DNA of 41,305 nt from an uncultured bacterium (lineage in GTDB: Bacteria; Armatimonadota; Hebobacteria; CAIYQO01), in contig CAZNLA010000004.1 of assembly GCA_964573385.1 (NCBI GenBank), forward strand, positions 1 to 41,305, read 5' to 3'. The notes below the pieces were generated by a model. It was not told where the DNA came from and did not search any database. It was given only the letters and a program-made list of their open reading frames with translations. Shown here piece after piece: positions 1-9,666 of this stretch. The translations under genes were made by a program, and so were the position numbers. Each line of letters begins with the position of its first letter. The stretch's first letter is position 1.

Positions 1-5
1 ATTAA

Positions 6-37
6 CTTTTCGTGTATTTCGTGTATTTCGTGGTTAA
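6..37. repeat. D-family spacer repeat (CTTTTCGTG...TTTCGTGGTTAA), with an internal TTCGTGTAT tandem
   Basis: cttttcgtgtatttcgtgtatttcgtggttaa. Related copies at 17555-17586 (same orientation), 17385-17415 and 40292-40315 (inverted). Confidence 0.6.
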
Positions 38-115
38 GTAAATTGGGTTGTTGATGATATTCACTATGGTGATTTAACAACAAATATAACTATTCCAGAT
101 TTCGTTGATTAACAA

Positions 116-1162
116 CTAATGTTCAGCAATTATATTTCTTCTTATTTGCCTGAAATCTTCATGGATGTCACATAAACACTGGAATATTAACGGGTCAAAA
201 TGTCTCCCTGACTCGGCAATCATCATTGGGAAGGCTTCATTTTCATTAAGTGCTTTTCTGTATATCCTGTCGGTCAACAGTGCGTCATAAACATCCACTA
301 TTGCGACTATTCTGGCGCTATCCGGTATTTTTTCTCCTGATAAACCATGTGGATATCCTCCCCCATCCCAACGTTCATGATGACTGAGTGCCACTTCTCC
401 TGCCATAGCCATAAGTGGAATATCAGAACCTGCCAGAATAGATGCCCCTATCTCAGTATGTTTTTTCATAATTGTATACTCATCAGTAGTAAACTTTCCT
501 GATTTCAACAATATATTATCCGGAATACCAATTTTTCCAATATCATGCATTGGGGCAGCAAGTCTCAGCATATCAACCTGGTCAGATTGCCAGCCCAATG
601 CTTTTGCCAGTGTAGCGGCATATAATGCAATTCTTCGTATATGGCTGCCGGTTTCTTCATCACGATATTCTGAAGCAGCAACTAAATGCATCGTAATTTC
701 CTCTTCACGTTTGCGAATTTCTTTTGTACGTTCCAATACTTGTTCCTGAAGATTCTTTTCAAAATTATCCCGCACAATTTCTAATTCGCGACGACGAAGG
801 GCATTGACAACATTAATCAGCAGTTCATTAGGTTGAAAAGGTTTTATCATATATCCGTAAGCACCCTGGTTTAGTGCCTGTACAGCAACTTCCTGATCAT
901 CAACTCCAGTTAACATAATTACCGCAATGTCTGGACGTATTTTACGCGCAACAGTTAGTAATTCCACACCGGTCATGCCCGGCATCATAATATCTGTTAT
1001 TAGCAACGAGAAATCCTGACTAAGCAATAATTCCAATGCTTCTGCACCATTGGAAGCCTGAATACACGAATACCCTTTTTCCATGAGAATACGTGTTACA
1101 ATACGACGAATATAATCATCGTCATCAACTATAAGAACAAATACTTTGGAATTATTAGTCAT
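116..1162 (-). CDS. Response regulator: N-terminal REC domain plus C-terminal HD-GYP domain (RpfG-like, predicted c-di-GMP phosphodiesterase)
   Basis: 348-aa ORF. REC motifs VLIVDDDD, ITDIMMPGMTG, GAYGYMIKP. HD-GYP motifs MHDIGKIGIP and HHERWDGGGYPHG. AGGAG about 9 nt upstream of the ATG at 1162. Confidence 0.88.
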   Translation of the reverse strand: MTNNSKVFVLIVDDDDYIRRIVTRILMEKGYSCIQASNGAEALELLLSQDFSLLITDIMMPGMTGVELLTVARKIRPDIAVIMLTGVDDQEVAVQALNQGAYGYMIKPFQPNELLINVVNALRRRELEIVRDNFEKNLQEQVLERTKEIRKREEEITMHLVAASEYRDEETGSHIRRIALYAATLAKALGWQSDQVDMLRLAAPMHDIGKIGIPDNILLKSGKFTTDEYTIMKKHTEIGASILAGSDIPLMAMAGEVALSHHERWDGGGYPHGLSGEKIPDSARIVAIVDVYDALLTDRIYRKALNENEAFPMMIAESGRHFDPLIFQCLCDIHEDFRQIRRNIIAEH

Positions 1163-1181
1163 TTAATTATCTCCTTTCCCA

Positions 1182-1664
1182 TTATATATTATACTCCCGT
1201 TCCTGTCCCAATTTCCTTGATTCTTTAGTGAAATCAAATATCTGCTTTTCTAATTCTTTTTCATACTCATCACGCATTATTTCCTGTTGTTGACGATTTA
1301 AGACAATATAAACGTTAATTAGCAATTCATTTACCTGAAATGGTTTTATCATGTATCCATAAGCGCCTTGCTCTATCGCGCTAATCGCGGTTTCTTTTTT
1401 ATCAACACTTGTTAACATTAATACCGGCATATCCGGTTTTAATTTACGCACCGTTGATAATAATTTTATACCGGAAATACCAGGCATCATAATATCAGTA
1501 ATCATTAAATCGAAATCCTGATTCACTAGTAACTTTAGCGCTTCAGTACCATTGTCAGCCTGTATACACAAATAACCATCGATATGTAAAATTTCCTCAA
1601 TCAAATATCTTGTATTATCATCGTCATCAACAATCAAAATTACAACATCATTTTTCTCTTTCAT
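1182..1664 (-). CDS. Single-domain CheY-like response regulator, paralog of the REC domain of the downstream HD-GYP protein
   Basis: 160-aa ORF. ILIVDDDD, ITDIMMPGISG, GAYGYMIKPFQVNELLINV. No output domain. The start overlaps the hybrid kinase stop by 17 nt and is preceded by AGAGAGG. Confidence 0.85.
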   Translation of the reverse strand: MKEKNDVVILIVDDDDNTRYLIEEILHIDGYLCIQADNGTEALKLLVNQDFDLMITDIMMPGISGIKLLSTVRKLKPDMPVLMLTSVDKKETAISAIEQGAYGYMIKPFQVNELLINVYIVLNRQQQEIMRDEYEKELEKQIFDFTKESRKLGQEREYNI

Positions 1665-3609
1665 TCAACACCTCTCTGACTTTCTTTCCCAAGGAATCTA
1701 AATTAAAAGGTTTTGCAATGAAATATGCATTTGGATCTAACATATTAACGGGATAACTTACATTATCCGGATAACCTGACATAAACAACACTTTCAGTTT
1801 TGGATATTTTTCGTGTATTGTTTCATACAGTTCTGGCCCACTGCATTCCGGCATTACAACATCTGTAAGCATTAATACGATATCGTTTCCAAACTCATCA
1901 AATATAGTAATTGCTTCTGAAGGTAATTCGGCTGTTAATACCTTATAACCATATTTTTCCAAGATTCGTTTTGCAATGCCACGCACTAGTGCCTCATCTT
2001 CAACAATCAAAATAGTTTCTGTACCCGTCAATAACTCTACCTGCTTAGTAACTGGTATTACAATTATTTCATCTTCAACAAGTGGCAGACATATTTTAAA
2101 TATCGTACCTTTATCTTTTTCGCTATATGCCCAAATGTTGCCGCCATGCTGTTTTATAATGCCATAAGCAGTTGCCAACCCTAATCCGGTACCTTTCCCA
2201 AATTCTTTAGTTGTAAAGAATGGTTCAAAAATATGTTCTAATACCGTTTCTTCTATTCCACACCCGGTATCAGTAATATCAATCATCACATAAAATCCCG
2301 GAATTATACCCGTATGACTCCTTGAATACTCTTCATCTATATTTATAGTTGATGTCTCAATAGTCAACATCCCGCCATTCGGCATCGCATCGCGGGCGTT
2401 GATGATAATATTAACCAGAACTTGTTCTATCTGTCCCGGGTCTGCCTTTATCGTGCCAACATCAGTTTTTGGTATAAATTTAAAGTCAATACTTTCTCCA
2501 ATCAATCGTCCCAGCATTTTTGTTGAGTTTGCTACTAATTCATTAACATCAACTACTTCCATGTGCATGGTTTGCCGACGACTGAATGCCAGCAATTGCC
2601 TTACTAAATCTGCAGAGCGATTTACCAGTGTCAATACTTCCGCCAGGTCATCTCGCGATACAGAACCATCAGGAACAGCGTCATATGCAAATTTAGTAAA
2701 TACATTTATACCTGTCAATAAATTATTAAAGTCATGGGCTACACCAGCAGCTAACTGCCCAATTGATTCAAGACGCTGTTGTTGGCGTATCTGTTCTTCC
2801 AGTGAAGCCTTTTTTACTTCCGCCTGTTTGCGCTCGGTGATGTCGTGATAATTCCCCAGCAGACCCTGGATATCAGGGTCATGAATAAGATTAACACCGA
2901 TAAATTCTATCCATTTATACTGACCGTCCTTGCACCGGTAACGGCATTCCGTACTTCCGGTCGCATTTGGTTCACAAAGGAGAGTGCCAATGAAGTTCCG
3001 GGCATGGACTAAGTCATCGGGATGCACGTTATCCAATGCGCCAGTGCCGACTACCTCCTCAGGCCGCCAGCCAAACAATTTCTCAATATTGGGACTTTTA
3101 TAACGGTTAATGCCGTCCTGATCGATTATGACAATCACATCACCGATGTTTGCAACAAGTTTGCTGTACCTTCTGTCCCTTGCTATCAACTCTGCTTCCT
3201 GAGAATGGTGTTTCATAAGTAATTTCCACTCGCGAAGTATGCGTTCAACCGAGTGGGGTATTGCAGTAAAGACTTCAGGGGATTTGACGATATAGTCCAA
3301 TGCTCCAGCTTTCATCACTTTAACGACGACTGATTGACTGCCGAACGCAGTCATTATCAAAATCGGGAATGGGGCATCTTCCGGCGGATATGACAGGATT
3401 TCCACAGCACATCCGTCCGGAAGGTTAAGGTCAATCAACGCTATATCCGGCGAATTTTCAGCGATATATGCACGGTATTCACGCAAGGTGGCGGTAGTGT
3501 GGATATCCACAGGTATCCCGTCATCTTCAAAGGCGCGGCGGATGGCCTCGACGTGGGCTACGTTGTCTTCCACTATCACGATGTGCAAAAGAGGCGTACT
3601 TATATTCAT
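1648..3609 (-). CDS. Hybrid sensor histidine kinase (REC-PAS-HisKA-HATPase-REC)
   Basis: N-terminal receiver (IVIVEDN...[11 protein letters not shown]...MTAFG). PAS region. H-box [17 protein letters not shown] boxes [24 protein letters not shown]-terminal receiver (ILIVEDE...[12 protein letters not shown]...IAKPF). The ATG at 3607-3609 overlaps the upstream TGA (TGATG). The ORF track begins one codon earlier at a GTG (3612). Confidence 0.86.
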   Translation of the reverse strand: MNISTPLLHIVIVEDNVAHVEAIRRAFEDDGIPVDIHTTATLREYRAYIAENSPDIALIDLNLPDGCAVEILSYPPEDAPFPILIMTAFGSQSVVVKVMKAGALDYIVKSPEVFTAIPHSVERILREWKLLMKHHSQEAELIARDRRYSKLVANIGDVIVIIDQDGINRYKSPNIEKLFGWRPEEVVGTGALDNVHPDDLVHARNFIGTLLCEPNATGSTECRYRCKDGQYKWIEFIGVNLIHDPDIQGLLGNYHDITERKQAEVKKASLEEQIRQQQRLESIGQLAAGVAHDFNNLLTGINVFTKFAYDAVPDGSVSRDDLAEVLTLVNRSADLVRQLLAFSRRQTMHMEVVDVNELVANSTKMLGRLIGESIDFKFIPKTDVGTIKADPGQIEQVLVNIIINARDAMPNGGMLTIETSTINIDEEYSRSHTGIIPGFYVMIDITDTGCGIEETVLEHIFEPFFTTKEFGKGTGLGLATAYGIIKQHGGNIWAYSEKDKGTIFKICLPLVEDEIIVIPVTKQVELLTGTETILIVEDEALVRGIAKRILEKYGYKVLTAELPSEAITIFDEFGNDIVLMLTDVVMPECSGPELYETIHEKYPKLKVLFMSGYPDNVSYPVNMLDPNAYFIAKPFNLDSLGKKVREVLNEREK

Positions 3610-4058
3610 CACTCACCCCAATCCGGATATTGGTTCCAGGCCACCCAATAGAAGCCAAAGGTTGTCATCAATTCAGTAAACTTCATAAAATCCACCGGCT
3701 TGACCAAATAACTGTTGGCATGTAAGGCATATGCCTTGACCATATCCTCTTCGGCACTCGAGGTGGTCAGGACCACCACCGGAATTGAAGCGAAATTAGA
3801 GTCGGTCTTGATGTGCTGTAACACATCAAGTCCACTTATCTTCGGCAAACGCAGGTCTAACAGGATGAGGTTGGGTCGCGGCGAAATATCCTGATTGCTG
3901 AATTCATTCTGTTGTTGCAGGTAATCCAGCGCTGCCTGCCCGTCAGCGACGTGCATCAACCGGTTAGCCAACCTGCTGTCTACAAAATTACGTCGCACAA
4001 TTTCGGCATGGGCTTCATCATCTTCCACCAGCAAGACCACAATCGGTTCGCCTTTCAT
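3609..4058 (-). CDS. Single-domain CheY-like response regulator (Rcp1-like)
   Basis: 149-aa ORF. VLLVEDDEAHAE, LILLDLRLPKISG, VVVLTTS, YLVKPVDF. ATGA overlap with the upstream kinase stop at 4055-4058. Confidence 0.86.
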   Translation of the reverse strand: MKGEPIVVLLVEDDEAHAEIVRRNFVDSRLANRLMHVADGQAALDYLQQQNEFSNQDISPRPNLILLDLRLPKISGLDVLQHIKTDSNFASIPVVVLTTSSAEEDMVKAYALHANSYLVKPVDFMKFTELMTTFGFYWVAWNQYPDWGE

Positions 4059-5674
4059 ACTTTCACCCCTTCATTTGTTTGTTGCATTGCCCTCGGCAAA
4101 GTAAAATAAAAACATGTCCCCTCTCCGAGACCGATGGATTCCACCCAGATGCGCCCATTGTGCAATTCTACTATCCGTTTGACCAATGTCAGGCCCATGC
4201 CGGTTCCTTCTGCTTTCGGATCGAGTTTTTCGAACAGTCCGAACACCTTCGTCAGGTAGCGCGGGTCGATTCCAACGCCGTTGTCGCGTACAAAGAACAC
4301 ATTTTCCGCGTCGCGTATCTCCATACCGATTTCGATGCACGGTGCAAGTTGGTCACCCATGAACTTGCAGGCATTGTCCACCATGTTCTGGAACAACCCA
4401 ACGAAGCGCGCGCGGTCACCATGAAGCATAACCTGGTCCTGCACAACTATCACCTGTGCGCCACACAGAGCAATACGCCCGGCCACAAGGAGCAAGGCTT
4501 CCGTCACAACATCCTGAAGCAAAACATCTTCCTCTGGGTTAATTTGATGCACAATGCGCGATAATTTGAGGAGTTCGTCAAGTAACTGCGCCATCTTATT
4601 AGCCGCTGCATTCATAAACTCAAAGTCCGTTTCCATTCTATTGGCATTATTTGCTTGGATATCTTTTTCAAGATGTCCGAGAAATGTTTGTAATGTCACC
4701 ACTGGACTACGCAAATCATGCGATACCGTATATACAAACCGTTCTAATTCTTCGCTTTTGACCCGTATCGCTTCTTCTGCCAGTTGCCGCTTTCTCTCGC
4801 TATTATGGAGATTGACGTGCATGTTTATTAACTGCCCCCGTATGCTGTGTTCCATATTCACAGTTACCAAATTGGTGGTAGAATAATTCACGTTGCCGAT
4901 AGTGGTAATCAGTGAAGAGACCACCTCCACTGACCCACCTAATATGTCGATTAATGCGACATAGGTGCGCCAGAGCATGAATAACAATCCAAAACTGGCC
5001 ATGGCAAACAGATAGTTCAATACCCTAATATCGTGTTCTGCAGTCTGGACGGCTAAATGAGTGCGTCGATTAACCATAACACTACATTCGTCAATCGGCT
5101 TCATTATCATGGCTTTAGCCTGATGATACCTGGTGTCATGAACCAGCATACGCGCTCTGACCTGGTTGGCTCTTGCATTCGTTCCTCCAGTCTCAACCAG
5201 TTTCATTGCCTCGTATTCCAAAGTGGTCAATGCATCGGAATTCGCCGCGGCCACTGCCAGTTTGTTGAACTCTTCATGTGTGTACCCACTTTGCCGCATC
5301 AAGTCCAGCAGTGCAATAGCAGGCTGGCTGCCGCGCGGTGTAGGGTTATCCGGTAATATCAAATCCCAGTAGATTCTCCATGCATCCACAGGACGTGGTT
5401 TCTTGCCATTACGGATGTCAAGAATGTCCTGATAATGTTGTTTGTAAACGGGATTGCCAGTCACAACGTAGGTACGAACCATTCTGGTCAGATCATCCGA
5501 AGACTGGCGTAACTCACTCATCAACAGATGAGATTGATACAGTTGTTCATTAGCGTAGTGTTTTTGCCTATCCACCCAAATGGTACAGACAAATATTATA
5601 GAGAGAAATACGACTAGACCAATTGAAATTGTCAGGTTGCGGGAGAATGGGTTATGTTGGTTATGGCATGTCAT
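4055..5674 (-). CDS. Membrane sensor histidine kinase with a periplasmic sensor domain between two hydrophobic segments
   Basis: TM1 LTISIGLVVFLSIIFVCTIWV and TM2 LNYLFAMASFGLLFMLWRTYV flank about 200 aa (VRTYVVTGNPVYKQHYQDI, CHASE3-like by eye). H-box FVYTVSHDLRSPV. NMVDNACKF, DNGVGID, GTGMGLTLV. I prefer the ATG at 5674 (MTCHNQ), preceded by GGAGACCCGT, over the ORF-track start at 5707. Confidence 0.82.
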   Translation of the reverse strand: MTCHNQHNPFSRNLTISIGLVVFLSIIFVCTIWVDRQKHYANEQLYQSHLLMSELRQSSDDLTRMVRTYVVTGNPVYKQHYQDILDIRNGKKPRPVDAWRIYWDLILPDNPTPRGSQPAIALLDLMRQSGYTHEEFNKLAVAAANSDALTTLEYEAMKLVETGGTNARANQVRARMLVHDTRYHQAKAMIMKPIDECSVMVNRRTHLAVQTAEHDIRVLNYLFAMASFGLLFMLWRTYVALIDILGGSVEVVSSLITTIGNVNYSTTNLVTVNMEHSIRGQLINMHVNLHNSERKRQLAEEAIRVKSEELERFVYTVSHDLRSPVVTLQTFLGHLEKDIQANNANRMETDFEFMNAAANKMAQLLDELLKLSRIVHQINPEEDVLLQDVVTEALLLVAGRIALCGAQVIVVQDQVMLHGDRARFVGLFQNMVDNACKFMGDQLAPCIEIGMEIRDAENVFFVRDNGVGIDPRYLTKVFGLFEKLDPKAEGTGMGLTLVKRIVELHNGRIWVESIGLGEGTCFYFTLPRAMQQTNEGVKV

Positions 5675-5684
5675 ACGGGTCTCC

Positions 5685-7133
5685 TCACACATCGCATTCG
5701 GTGACAACGACTATGTCTGGTGTATTCATTGCTCCCGGCAGCGTGAAATAAAAGCACGCACCATGCCCGAGACCGGCGGATTCCACCCAGATACGTCCGT
5801 TGAACAAGTCCACTATTCGTTTAACTAAAGTCAGTCCCAGGCCTGTCCCATCGGTGTTTTGATCAAGCTTTTCGAACAACTCAAAAACTTTTGTGATGTA
5901 GCGCGGATCAATCCCTTTCCCGTTATCACTGACAAAGAATACAGTCTCCATTTCATGCACCTTCATGCCAATCTCGATGTGCGGCTCAGGTTGGTCTCCC
6001 ATAAACTTGCAGGCATTGTCCACCAAATTTTGAAAAATCTCCACCAATCGGACTCGGTCGGCGTAGAACGTCAATCCGCTTACATCCACATGAATCGTTA
6101 CACCTCCTTTGGCAATACGGCCGGCAACAGCCGCCACAGCATCGTCTACAACCTCGCGAAATGTCACATGAACCAGCATACCAATCACACGACCGACACG
6201 CGCCATCTCCAGCAAGTCGTCCAACAAAGGTAACATTTTGTCGATAGCGGCTCGCATAAAGTCCATATCCTTAGTAATCCGTTGAGTATCACCGATTACC
6301 ATATCCTGTGCCAGGTAGCCGAGGAACGTATTTATAGTCACAAGCGGACTCTTCAAATCATGGGAGGCGGTATACAGGAAACGTGTTAACTCCGAGTTAC
6401 TGCGCTCCAACTCTTCCGCGATTAGACGCAGCGCTTCTTGCGTCTCTTCGCGAATGGTGATTTCCGTCATCAGATTTCGATTTGCTGCTTCCGCGGCCCG
6501 GTGTGCTTCGATTTCTTCCTCTATCATGTTAAGGAGTGCAAGCCGCGACTTGGCAAGGTCAGCAGTGCGCTCCGCAACCTGCGCCTCCAAATCAGCAGTC
6601 AGCTTGCGTGTGTTTACTTCTCGTTGCAACTCCATGGTGATATCGGTCGCTACAACACACAGCAAAGTTTCTGTGCCTAACCGCAACTGGTTCAGCCCCA
6701 GTCGCAACGGAAGCAGGCTGCCATCGGCGGCAAGGACTGACATTTTTCCCCAGCACTTCTCGCTCAAAGCTTCCTTGAACAAAATGGAGAAAGCCAACTG
6801 ATCCGCTGGGTTAATGAAGTCCCGCAACAACGCGCCGATGATGCGACCGATTGGCTGCTGGAGCATTTTCGCAAACGACTGATTGGCGTAAAGGATGACT
6901 CCATCCAGCGATAGTGTCATCGCGCCTTCGCTCATATGCTCTATCAACAGGCGGTATGGTTCTTGTGCGCCTTGCAACGTGAATATCTGTGTCCCTTCCG
7001 ACCCTGCAATCACCAAACCATCCACTTCACCGTTGCGGATGGCGTAAAGAGTTTCTTCCGCTTCGGCCAGGCGCGACCGCGTCTCGTCGAGTTCACGGAG
7101 CAATTGATTGGTGATGTCCAGATCGTTCGACAT
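5685..7133 (-). CDS. Cytoplasmic coiled-coil/PAS sensor histidine kinase immediately downstream of kaiB
   Basis: 482-aa ORF. PAS-like region (IEHMSEGAMTLSLDGVILYANQSFAKM). H-box FLYTASHDLKSPL. NLVDNACKF, DNGKGID, GTGLGLTLV. No KaiB-like N-terminal domain, so not a canonical SasA. The ATG lies 2 nt after the kaiB stop. Confidence 0.86.
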   Translation of the reverse strand: MSNDLDITNQLLRELDETRSRLAEAEETLYAIRNGEVDGLVIAGSEGTQIFTLQGAQEPYRLLIEHMSEGAMTLSLDGVILYANQSFAKMLQQPIGRIIGALLRDFINPADQLAFSILFKEALSEKCWGKMSVLAADGSLLPLRLGLNQLRLGTETLLCVVATDITMELQREVNTRKLTADLEAQVAERTADLAKSRLALLNMIEEEIEAHRAAEAANRNLMTEITIREETQEALRLIAEELERSNSELTRFLYTASHDLKSPLVTINTFLGYLAQDMVIGDTQRITKDMDFMRAAIDKMLPLLDDLLEMARVGRVIGMLVHVTFREVVDDAVAAVAGRIAKGGVTIHVDVSGLTFYADRVRLVEIFQNLVDNACKFMGDQPEPHIEIGMKVHEMETVFFVSDNGKGIDPRYITKVFELFEKLDQNTDGTGLGLTLVKRIVDLFNGRIWVESAGLGHGACFYFTLPGAMNTPDIVVVTECDV

Positions 7134-7135
7134 GG

Positions 7136-7483
7136 TTACTTCTCCCTGGGTTTCAGGTCTAACGCGATCAGCACCCGGTCGGTGTCGGTGAGGTCACCGA
7201 TTAACCGCCGCAACGGGAGCGGAAGTTCTTTTACCAGTGTGGGCGCGGCGATGATCTGGGCGGTTTGTGCCTGTTCGGGTTGTTCATACAGGTTCACTAT
7301 TTCCAGATCATAGCGGTCTTGAAGGTGCTGTTCACACAGTGCCTTAACAGCTTCGATGGCCTTGATTGATCGGTGCGTATAGCCTGTAAGATACAGGCGC
7401 AGTACATAGTGACCTTCGCCAGTTTGCGCCAGTGCTTGCTCAAATAGAACCGCCGGGTCCTGACTGTTGGAATCAGTCTTCAT
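7136..7483 (-). CDS. kaiB: KaiB-family protein (second tandem copy)
   Basis: [14 protein letters not shown]...[31 protein letters not shown] matches the KaiB thioredoxin-like signature. Start set at the ATG at 7483 (MKTDS), preceded by GGAGGG 5 nt upstream. The ORF-track start at 7522 would overlap the first kaiB by 50 nt. Confidence 0.85.
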   Translation of the reverse strand: MKTDSNSQDPAVLFEQALAQTGEGHYVLRLYLTGYTHRSIKAIEAVKALCEQHLQDRYDLEIVNLYEQPEQAQTAQIIAAPTLVKELPLPLRRLIGDLTDTDRVLIALDLKPREK

Positions 7484-7802
7484 GTTTCCCTCCAGTTGCT
7501 CGCGGCAATAAATCCAGGCCAACTAACACGCGCTCTGTGTTCGATAGGTCGCCAATGATTTTGCGAATAGGAACAGGAAGTTTTCGCACCAACGTGGGGA
7601 TGGCTAAAATCTGGTCGTCCGCAGCCAGTTGCGGCGTCTCGAGCAGATCTATCACCTCAATCACATATTGTCCCTGCAGGCATTCCTCACAGATATGCTT
7701 AAGGTTGACGAACGCCGCAAGGGATTTGGACGTCTGCCCCGCGACGTAGAGTCGCAATACCCAAGGAGTAGGAGCTGTTGATGCATCGGTTTGTGGGTTC
7801 AT
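7473..7802 (-). CDS. kaiB: KaiB-family protein (first tandem copy)
   Basis: [14 protein letters not shown]...[31 protein letters not shown] closely resembles cyanobacterial KaiB (LKLYVAGNT...[31 protein letters not shown], from memory). ATGA overlap with the kaiC stop. Confidence 0.9.
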   Translation of the reverse strand: MNPQTDASTAPTPWVLRLYVAGQTSKSLAAFVNLKHICEECLQGQYVIEVIDLLETPQLAADDQILAIPTLVRKLPVPIRKIIGDLSNTERVLVGLDLLPRATGGKHED

Positions 7803-9535
7803 GATGGATCTCCTCCGTTGTGTTTCCGTGTTTTCCGCGTGGCTGGCGCATCACTTTGCCGCTGGCGACCGATTTCGATGCGGTCGCCTGCCAGCATGGC
7901 GATGCGCGCTTCACTCTGCGCAATCCCCCGTTGCAGTTCCGTTTCCTCGATGCCAAACTCGGCCCGTAGCGCCGCAATTTGCGCCTCCAGGGCAGCCCGC
8001 TTACGCTCCAACGCTCGCGTTAGACCAGCACCTTCCTGTTTGCGCACAACAGCCTGGGCTTGTTCCTGCGCCTCCAACGTACCGCGAGCGCTGCCGGTGA
8101 GCAGCGCGCCTGACTGTCCAAGATACACTTCACGCAATTCCACTCCGCGGTCAGTCAACAAGAACTCACGCACCTGGTTAGAGTGGGGCATGCCGCGCGA
8201 CTTCAGCAGGTGCAGCACACGATTCCTCTCCGCACCGCACTCAATATCCCGCAACAACAGCCAGGTATCCATCAACGAGGACACGCCTATCTCGGGGGAT
8301 TCCTCGAATCGGTCGCCCGATATCAGGCTGGTGAACAGCGCGGTGATTTGCTGCTGTTTGAAGTAGTCAATCAACCGCGTCAGCATCGCTTTTATCTCCA
8401 ATACGCTTCCAAGTGCCGTAAAATTAGTAATTGGATCAATAATCACGACATGCGGTTGGAACTCCTGCGCCAGCTTATGAATAGTAACCAGATGCATTTC
8501 CAAACCAGACATCGTGGGACGTTCCGCGTGAAAATGCAGTAAATCCTGCTGGACCGGACGCATCAGGTCGATGCCGATGGAGCGCATATTGCGGGTGATC
8601 TGATTAGCAGATTCTTCGAAGGCGAACCACAGACAACGCTCACCTCGCGCGGCGGTCGCTGCGGCGAAATGCGCCGCGAGGCTCGTTTTACCCGAGCCAG
8701 CCGTGCCTGATACCAGTACACTGCTGCCGCGATAGTAACCTTTACCGCCCATCATCGCATCCAGGCCCGGCAAGCCGGAGGATACGCGCTCTGTGCTGGC
8801 CTCGTGCTGCAACCCCAGCGAGGTGATCGGCAGCAGGGAGACACCGCCCTCATCAATCAGAAACGGATACTCGCCTGTGCCGTGACTGGAACCACGATAC
8901 TTGACGATGCGCAATCGGCGCGTGGACATGTTCTCGGTAACGCGGTGATCGAGCATAATTACGCAATCTGCCACGTATTCCTCCAACCCATAACGGGTCA
9001 GACTGGCTTCGCCGCGCTCGCCTGTGATGATGGCGGTGACGCCTTTGTCCTTGAGCCAGCGAAACAGGCGGCGCAATTCGGCACGCAGGATGGCGGCATT
9101 GGTCAGCCCGGAGAAAAGCGTCTCAATGGTGTCAAGTACCACGCGCTTGGCACCGATCCGGTCGATCGCGTGTCCAAGCCGCACGAACAACCCTTCAAGG
9201 TCATATTCGCCAGCCTCTTCAATCTCACTCTGTTCTACCCGGACGAAATCCAGCGCGAGTTTGTTTTGCGCAACCAGCGCGTTGAGATCGTGACCGAGTG
9301 AGGAAAAATTTTGCGCCAGTTCCTCGATGCGTTCCTCAAATGCCATAAAAACGCCTGGTTCGCCGAATTGTGTGGCACCGCGTACAAGAAATTCCATAGC
9401 AATAAGGGTTTTACCACAACCCGCACTGCCACACAACAGCGTGGGTCTCCCCTTGGGCAGACCACCCCCCGTGAGTTGATCCAAGCCTTGTATACCGGTC
9501 GGCGATTTTGGGAGGGCAGAAGTTTGTAAAGTCAT
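7799..9535 (-). CDS. kaiC: KaiC-family double RecA-like ATPase with a C-terminal extension of about 90 aa, predicted coiled coil
   Basis: 578 aa. CI Walker A GSAGCGKT and FMAFEE. CII Walker A GTAGSGKT and [21 protein letters not shown] aligns by eye to the S/T autophosphorylation segment. The tail [21 protein letters not shown]...[11 protein letters not shown] is heptad-like. AAGGA SD upstream of the ATG at 9535. Confidence 0.92.
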   Translation of the reverse strand: MTLQTSALPKSPTGIQGLDQLTGGGLPKGRPTLLCGSAGCGKTLIAMEFLVRGATQFGEPGVFMAFEERIEELAQNFSSLGHDLNALVAQNKLALDFVRVEQSEIEEAGEYDLEGLFVRLGHAIDRIGAKRVVLDTIETLFSGLTNAAILRAELRRLFRWLKDKGVTAIITGERGEASLTRYGLEEYVADCVIMLDHRVTENMSTRRLRIVKYRGSSHGTGEYPFLIDEGGVSLLPITSLGLQHEASTERVSSGLPGLDAMMGGKGYYRGSSVLVSGTAGSGKTSLAAHFAAATAARGERCLWFAFEESANQITRNMRSIGIDLMRPVQQDLLHFHAERPTMSGLEMHLVTIHKLAQEFQPHVVIIDPITNFTALGSVLEIKAMLTRLIDYFKQQQITALFTSLISGDRFEESPEIGVSSLMDTWLLLRDIECGAERNRVLHLLKSRGMPHSNQVREFLLTDRGVELREVYLGQSGALLTGSARGTLEAQEQAQAVVRKQEGAGLTRALERKRAALEAQIAALRAEFGIEETELQRGIAQSEARIAMLAGDRIEIGRQRQSDAPATRKTRKHNGGDPS

Positions 9536-9666
9536 AATAATTGTCCTTTCACGAGTTCATCAGTCAAAGGGTCAGCGAGATCTGTTCCTGCATCCGACTC
9601 GTCTGGTGTAGCCATGGTCTTAACGACTTCCGTAGCCGCTGCATCCATAAAAGTCAGCGGATACGG

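Noticed and set aside
7791-9529. Plus-strand ORFs opposite kaiC, namely 7791-8366 (191 aa), 7801-8100, 8183-8542, 8804-9301, 9024-9293 and 9311-9529. Similar shadow ORFs lie opposite the kinases (2399-2848, 4079-4564, 4554-4886, 5859-6233, 6454-6801, 6936-7313) and opposite the 743-aa gene (35894-36322 and others).
   Set aside because: They lie antisense to or out of frame with strongly supported genes. They have low-complexity Arg/Ser/Ala/Cys-rich translations typical of GC-rich shadow frames, and no SD or motifs.
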